A stretch of DNA of 64,000 nucleotides, from assembly GCA_030390025.1 (NCBI GenBank), contig CM059438.1, forward strand, positions 62,994,001 to 63,058,000. Reading direction: 5' to 3'. This document shows positions 58,768-64,000 of this stretch, piece after piece. How positions within the stretch are numbered: the stretch's first letter is position 1; every line of letters begins with the position of its first letter. This DNA comes from Squalus acanthias (taxonomy: Eukaryota). Under the pieces are notes generated by a model. The model did not search any database. It was not told the DNA's origin and was given only the letters and a program-made list of their open reading frames with translations. The translations under genes and the position numbers were made by a program.

Positions 58768-61700
58768 CTACTTGACCTCGTCCTCACCAATCTACCTGTC
58801 GCAGATGCATCTGTCCATGACCGTATTGGTAGCAGTGACCACCGCACAGTCCTTGTGGGGACGAAACCCTGTCTTTACACTGAGGACGCCCTCCATCGTG
58901 TTGTGTGGCACGACCACCGTGCTAAATGGGATGGATTCAGAACAGATCTAGCAGCTCAAAACTGTGTATCCATGAGGTGCTGTGGGCCATCAGCAGCAGC
59001 AGAATTGTATTCCACCACAATCTGTAACCTCATGGCCCAGCATATCCCTCACTCTACCGTTACTATCAAGCCAGGGGACCAACCCTGGTTCAATGAGGAG
59101 TGCAGAAGAGCAGGCCAGGAGCAGCACCAGGCGTACCTAAAAATAAGGTGCCAAACTGGGGAAGGTGCAACACAGGACTACATGCATGCTAGACAAGGGA
59201 AGCAGCATGCTATAGACAGCTAAACGATCCCACATTCAACGGATCAGAGCAAAGCTCTGCAGTCCTACCACATCCAGGCATGAATGGTGGTGGACCATTA
59301 AACAACTAACGGGAGGAGGAGGCTCCATGAATATCCCCATCCTCAATGATGGCGGAGCCCAGCACACAAGTGCAAAAGACAAGACAAGGCTGAAGCGTTT
59401 GCAACCATCTTCAGCCAGAAATGCCAAGTGGATGATCCAAATCAGCCTCCTCCTGAGGTCCCCACCATCACAGAAGCCAGTCTTCAGTCAATTCAATTCA
59501 CGCCACGTGATATCAAGAAACGGCTGAGCGCACTGGATACAGCAAAAGCTATGGGCCCCAACAACATCCCGGCTGTCGTGCTGAGGACTTGTGCTCCAGA
59601 ACTAGCTGCGCCTCTAGCCAAGCTGTTCCAGTACAGCTGCAACACTGGCATCTATCCGACAATGTGGAAAACTGCCCAGGTATGTCCTGTCCACAAAAAG
59701 CAGGACAAATCCAATCCAGCCAAAAACCACCCCATCAGTCTACTCTAAATCATCAGCAAAGTGATGGAAGATGTCATCGACAGTGCTATCAAGCGGCACT
59801 TGCTCACCAATAACCTGCTCACTGATGCCCAGTTTGGGTTCCGCCAAGACCACTCGGCTCCAGACCTCATTACAGCCTTGGTCCAAACATGGACAAACAA
59901 GCTAAATTCCAGAGGTGAGGTGAGAGTGACTGTCCTTGATATAGAAACATAGAAAAATAGGAGCAGGAGTAGGCCATTCGGCCCTTCGAGCCTGTTCCAC
60001 CATTCAATGTGATCATGGCTGATCCTCTATCTCAATACAATATTCCCGCTCTCTCCCCATACCCCTTGATGCCTTTTGTGTCTAGAAATCTATCGATCTC
60101 CTTCTTAAATATATTCAGTGACTTGGCCTCCACAGCCCTCTGTGGTAGAGAATTCCACAGGTTCACCACCCTCTGAGTGAAGAAATTTCTCCTCATCTCA
60201 GTCCTAAATGTCCTACCCCGTATCCTGAGACTGTGACCCCTCACTCTAGACCCCCCAGCCAGGGGAAACATCCTCCCTGCATCCAGTCTGTCTAGCCCTG
60301 TCAGAATTTTATACGTTTCAATGAGGTCCCCTCTCATTCTTCTAAACTCTAGTGAATACAGGCTTAGTCGACCCAATCTCTCCTCATACGACAGTCCTGC
60401 CATCCCAGGAATCAGTCTGGTGAACCTTCACTGCACTCCCTCTATGGCAAGTATATCCTTTCTTAGGTAAGGAGACCAAAACTGCACACAGTACTCCAGG
60501 TGTAGTCTCACCAAAGCCCTGTACAACTGTAGTAAGACATCCTTGCTCCTGTACTCAAATCCTCTTGTAATGAAGGCCAACATACCATTTGTCTTCCTAA
60601 CTGCTTGCTGCACCTGCTTGTTTGCTTTCAGTGACTGGTGTACAAGGACACCCAGGTCCCTCTGTACATCAACATTTCCCAGTCTATCACCATTTAAATA
60701 ATACTCTGCCTTTCTGTTTTTTCTACCAAAGTGGATAACTTCGCATTTATCCACGTTATACTGCATCTGCCATGTATTTGTCCACTCACTCAACTTGTCT
60801 AAATCGCCTTGGAGCCTCTATGCAGCCTCCTCACAACTCACAATCCCACCTAGTTTCATGTCATCAGCAAACTTGGAAATATTACCTTTGGTTCCCTCCT
60901 CCAAATCATTGATATATATTGTGAATAGCTGGGGCCCAAGCACTGATCCCTGCTGTACCCCACTAGTCACCGCCTGCCACCCCGAAAAAGACCCATTTAT
61001 TCCTACTCTGTTTCCTGTCTGTTAACCAATTTTCAATCCATACCAGTATATTACCCTCAATCCCATGTGCTTTAACTTTGCACACTAACCTCTTATGTGG
61101 GACTTTATCAAAGGCCTTCTGAAAATCCAAATACACCACATCTACTGGTTCTCCCTTATCTATTCTACCAGTTACAGCCTCAAAAAACTCCAGTAGGTTT
61201 GTCAAACACGATTTTCCTTTCATAAATCCATGTTGACTTTGTCTAATCCCGTTGATATTTTCTAAGTGTCCTGTTATCAAATCCTTTATAATAGACTCTA
61301 GCATTTTCCCTACTACTGATGTTATGCTAACCGGTCTGTAGTTCCCTGTTTTCTCTCTCCCTTTTTTAAATAGTGGGGTTACATTTGCCACCCTCCAGTC
61401 TATAGAATTTTGGAAGATGACAACCAATGCATCCACTATTTCCATGGCTACCTCTTTTAGTACTCTGGGATGCAGATTATCAGGCCCTGGGGATTTATCG
61501 GCTTTCAGTCCCATTAATTTCTCCAGCACTTTTTTTTTTACTAATACTAATTTCCTTTAGTTCCTCATTCTCACTAGACCCTTGGTTCCCTAGCATTTCT
61601 GGGAAGTCATTTGTGTCCTCTTCTGTGAAGACAGAACCAAAGTATTTGTTTAATTGCTCTGCCATTTCCCTGTTCCCCATTATAAATTCTCCCATTTCTG

Positions 61701-62870
61701 ACTGTAAGGGACCTAAATTTGTCTTCACTATCAAGGCAGCATTTGACCGAGTGTGGCATCAAGGAGCCCTAGTAAAATTGAAGTCAATGGTAATCGGGGG
61801 AAACTCTCCACTGGCTGGAGTCATACCTCGCACAAAGGAAGATGGTTGCGGTGGTTGGAGGTCGATCATCTCAGCCCCAGGACATCGCTGCAGGAGTTCC
61901 TCAGGGCAGTGTCCTCGGCCCAACCATCTTCAGCTGCTTCATTATCGACCTTCCCTCCATCATAAGGTCGAAGTCGGGATGTTCGCTGATGATTGCAGTG
62001 TGTTCAGTTTCATTCACAGCTCCTCAGATAATGAAGCAGTCTATTCCCGAATGCAGCAAGACATTCAGGCTTGGGCCGATAAGTAGCAAGTAACATTTGC
62101 GCCGCAGAAGTGCCAGGCAATGACTATCTCCAACAAGCGAGAGTCTAACCACCTCCCCTTGACATTCAACTGCATTACCATTGCCGAATCCCCCACCATC
62201 AACATCCTGGGGGTCACCATTGACCAGAAACTTAACTGGCCCAGCCACATGAATACCGTGGCTACAAGAGCAGGTCAGAGGCTGGGTATTCTGCAGCGAG
62301 CGTCTCACCTCCTGACTCCCCAAAGCCTTTCCACCATCTACAAGGCACAAGTCAGGAGTGTGATGGAATACTCTCCACTTGTCTGGATGAGTGCAGCTCC
62401 AACAACACTCAAGAAGCTCGACACCATTCAGGACAAAGTAGCCCGCTTGATTGGCACCCCATCCACCACCTTAAATATTCCCTCCCTCCACCACTGGCGT
62501 ACCGTGGCTGCAGTGTGTACCATCTACAAGATGCACTGCAGCAACTCGCCAAGGCTTCTTCGGCAGCACCTCCCAAACCCGCGACCTCTACCACCTAGAA
62601 GGACAAGGGCAGCAGGCGCATGGGAACACCATCACCTGCAAGTTCCCCTCCAAGTTACACACTTAGAAGTATATCACCGATCCTTCATCGTCGCTGGATC
62701 AAAATCCTGGAACTCGCTCCCTAACAGCACTGTGGGAGCACCTTCACCACATGGACTGCAGCGGTTCAAGAAGGCGGCTCACCACCACCTTCTCGAGGGC
62801 AATTAGGGCTGGGCAATAAATGCTGGCCTTGCCAGCGACGCCCACATCCCAGGAACGAATTTTAAAAAAA
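58768..62870 (+). mobile_element. CR1-group (L2/Crack-like) LINE ORF2, split by a CR1 insertion
   Basis: Endonuclease end (LDLVLTN, SSDH), KAMGPNNIP, QFGFRQ, VLDI|KAAFDRVW, GVPQGSVLGP and MFADD motifs, and a poly-A 3' end. Confidence 0.88.
59943..61728 (-). mobile_element. CR1 fragment nested in the LINE
   Basis: KSPGPDN, LDFQKAFDKV and LEYCVQFWSP motifs, (TAGAAACA)n tail, and duplicated TAT at 59940-59942 and 61729-61731. Confidence 0.92.
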
Positions 62871-63124
62871 TAACGTGATAACACACACAATTTCTTCCAG
62901 GGCACTCGGTTAAAAATAAATCTCAAAATATGACAGCCTGCTAAGCAAGAGATATTGGGTGATGGGCTGCCCAAAGAAATGAAGAAAAAGAAAGGGAGGC
63001 ATAAATATTACGGAGAATCAGCATCTGAATTAGAGGAGGGATTAAGTGAGAAACCGAAGTGAATGAGTGCCACAGAGTCAAACAAAAGGGAAGAATGAAG
63101 AGAGAGATGCAGAAGTGCGCCTCA

Positions 63125-63280
63125 CTTTAACCTCTCATCTGAACGATGGCGCCTCTGACCGTGCAGCACTCCCTCCGTACTGCACTAGATTACATGCTCA
63201 AGTCTCTGGAGTGGTGCTTGAAGCCACGACCTTCTCACTCAGAGGCGAGAGTGCTGCCAGTGAGCCAAGGCTGACACCTG
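63125..63280 (-). mobile_element. Deu-domain SINE 5' fragment
   Basis: Reverse complement of the SINE head (ggctcactggcagcactctcgcctctgagt). Confidence 0.75.
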
Positions 63281-63354
63281 TGATAAAACTGCTTTTGCTG
63301 ACGATTTATTGATTTTTGCGTTGTAGTGTAAGTGATTCACTGGGAATAGAAAAT

Positions 63355-63682
63355 GAAAAGACTTGCATTTAAACAGCACCTTTCACGACCTCAGGAAACA
63401 ATGTTTCCTTTAAGCTGCGCGACTGTGCAGATCTCCAGGGGTCCCACACAGTCAGCTTGCTGGCTTTTAAATAGAAAAACCGTGGCCCATTCAAAATAAG
63501 GCACAGGACGTCCCAAGGCGCTTTACAGCCAATGAAGTCCTTTTTGAAGTGGAGTCACTGTTGTAATGTAGGAAACGCGGCAGCCAATTAGCGCACAGCA
63601 AGCTCCCACAAACAGCAATGTGATAATGACCAGAGAACCTGTTTCTAGTGATGTTGGTTTTGGGATAAATATTGGCCAGGAC
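63355..63682 (-). mobile_element. Deu-domain SINE 3' part interrupted by a partial CAATGTT-type MITE (about 63399-63505)
   Basis: SINE tail aagacttgcattt...cctttcacgacctcagga resumes as caggacgtcccaaggcgctttacagcc. Confidence 0.7.
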
Positions 63683-64000
63683 TGAGCCACAGCTGATATC
63701 GAGGGAGAGGGAGAGAAAAATTGCCTGTGTCTGTCTGCCCTCCAGCCTTGTGGATCAAGTGCATTAAAGCAATCATGCAAAATCATTAAGTCATCGGTGA
63801 AGTCATGAATGTTGGTAACACTGCGCTGATCGGGATCAGGGGCCGAGAGAGGGGTGGATATTAGTGTTTCAGTATTATTCTGCTGTTCTGTTTCATTTGA
63901 ATCGTGGTGAATTGCTCTTGATGCGCTGAATCGTGGCTGCCGCTTTTCCAAGATTATCCACAATATTCTTTTTCCCCCTGGACAGAGCTGTGTGAATCTT

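Overview
Eukaryotic, repeat-dense vertebrate DNA. The repeat repertoire (Deu-domain SINEs, LF-SINE- and AmnSINE2-like SINEs, a V-SINE fragment, CR1, L2, RTE and Penelope retroelements, and hAT- and PIF/Harbinger-type MITEs) points to a cartilaginous fish (inference). I found no intact multi-exon host gene, and the longest ORFs (>150 aa) are retroelement-derived. The only host-gene homology I recognise is a degenerate copy of tripeptidyl peptidase II (TPP2) exon 1 on the minus strand (3985-4128), with its splice donor. A ZNF143-type promoter and first-exon donor lie about 14 kb upstream on the same strand. The most informative structure is in the mobile DNA: (i) minimal hammerhead ribozymes in Penelope termini, including two short palindromic elements from different families that fold back at the ribozyme; (ii) TSD-resolved nests, including a four-level L2>hAT>Penelope>CR1 nest and a Harbinger MITE inserted into a relative; (iii) Harbinger-type MITEs with varied 3-bp TSDs and overlapping sense/antisense mini-intron signals. 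All family names come from recognition, not database searches. I cannot claim a new biological system with confidence.
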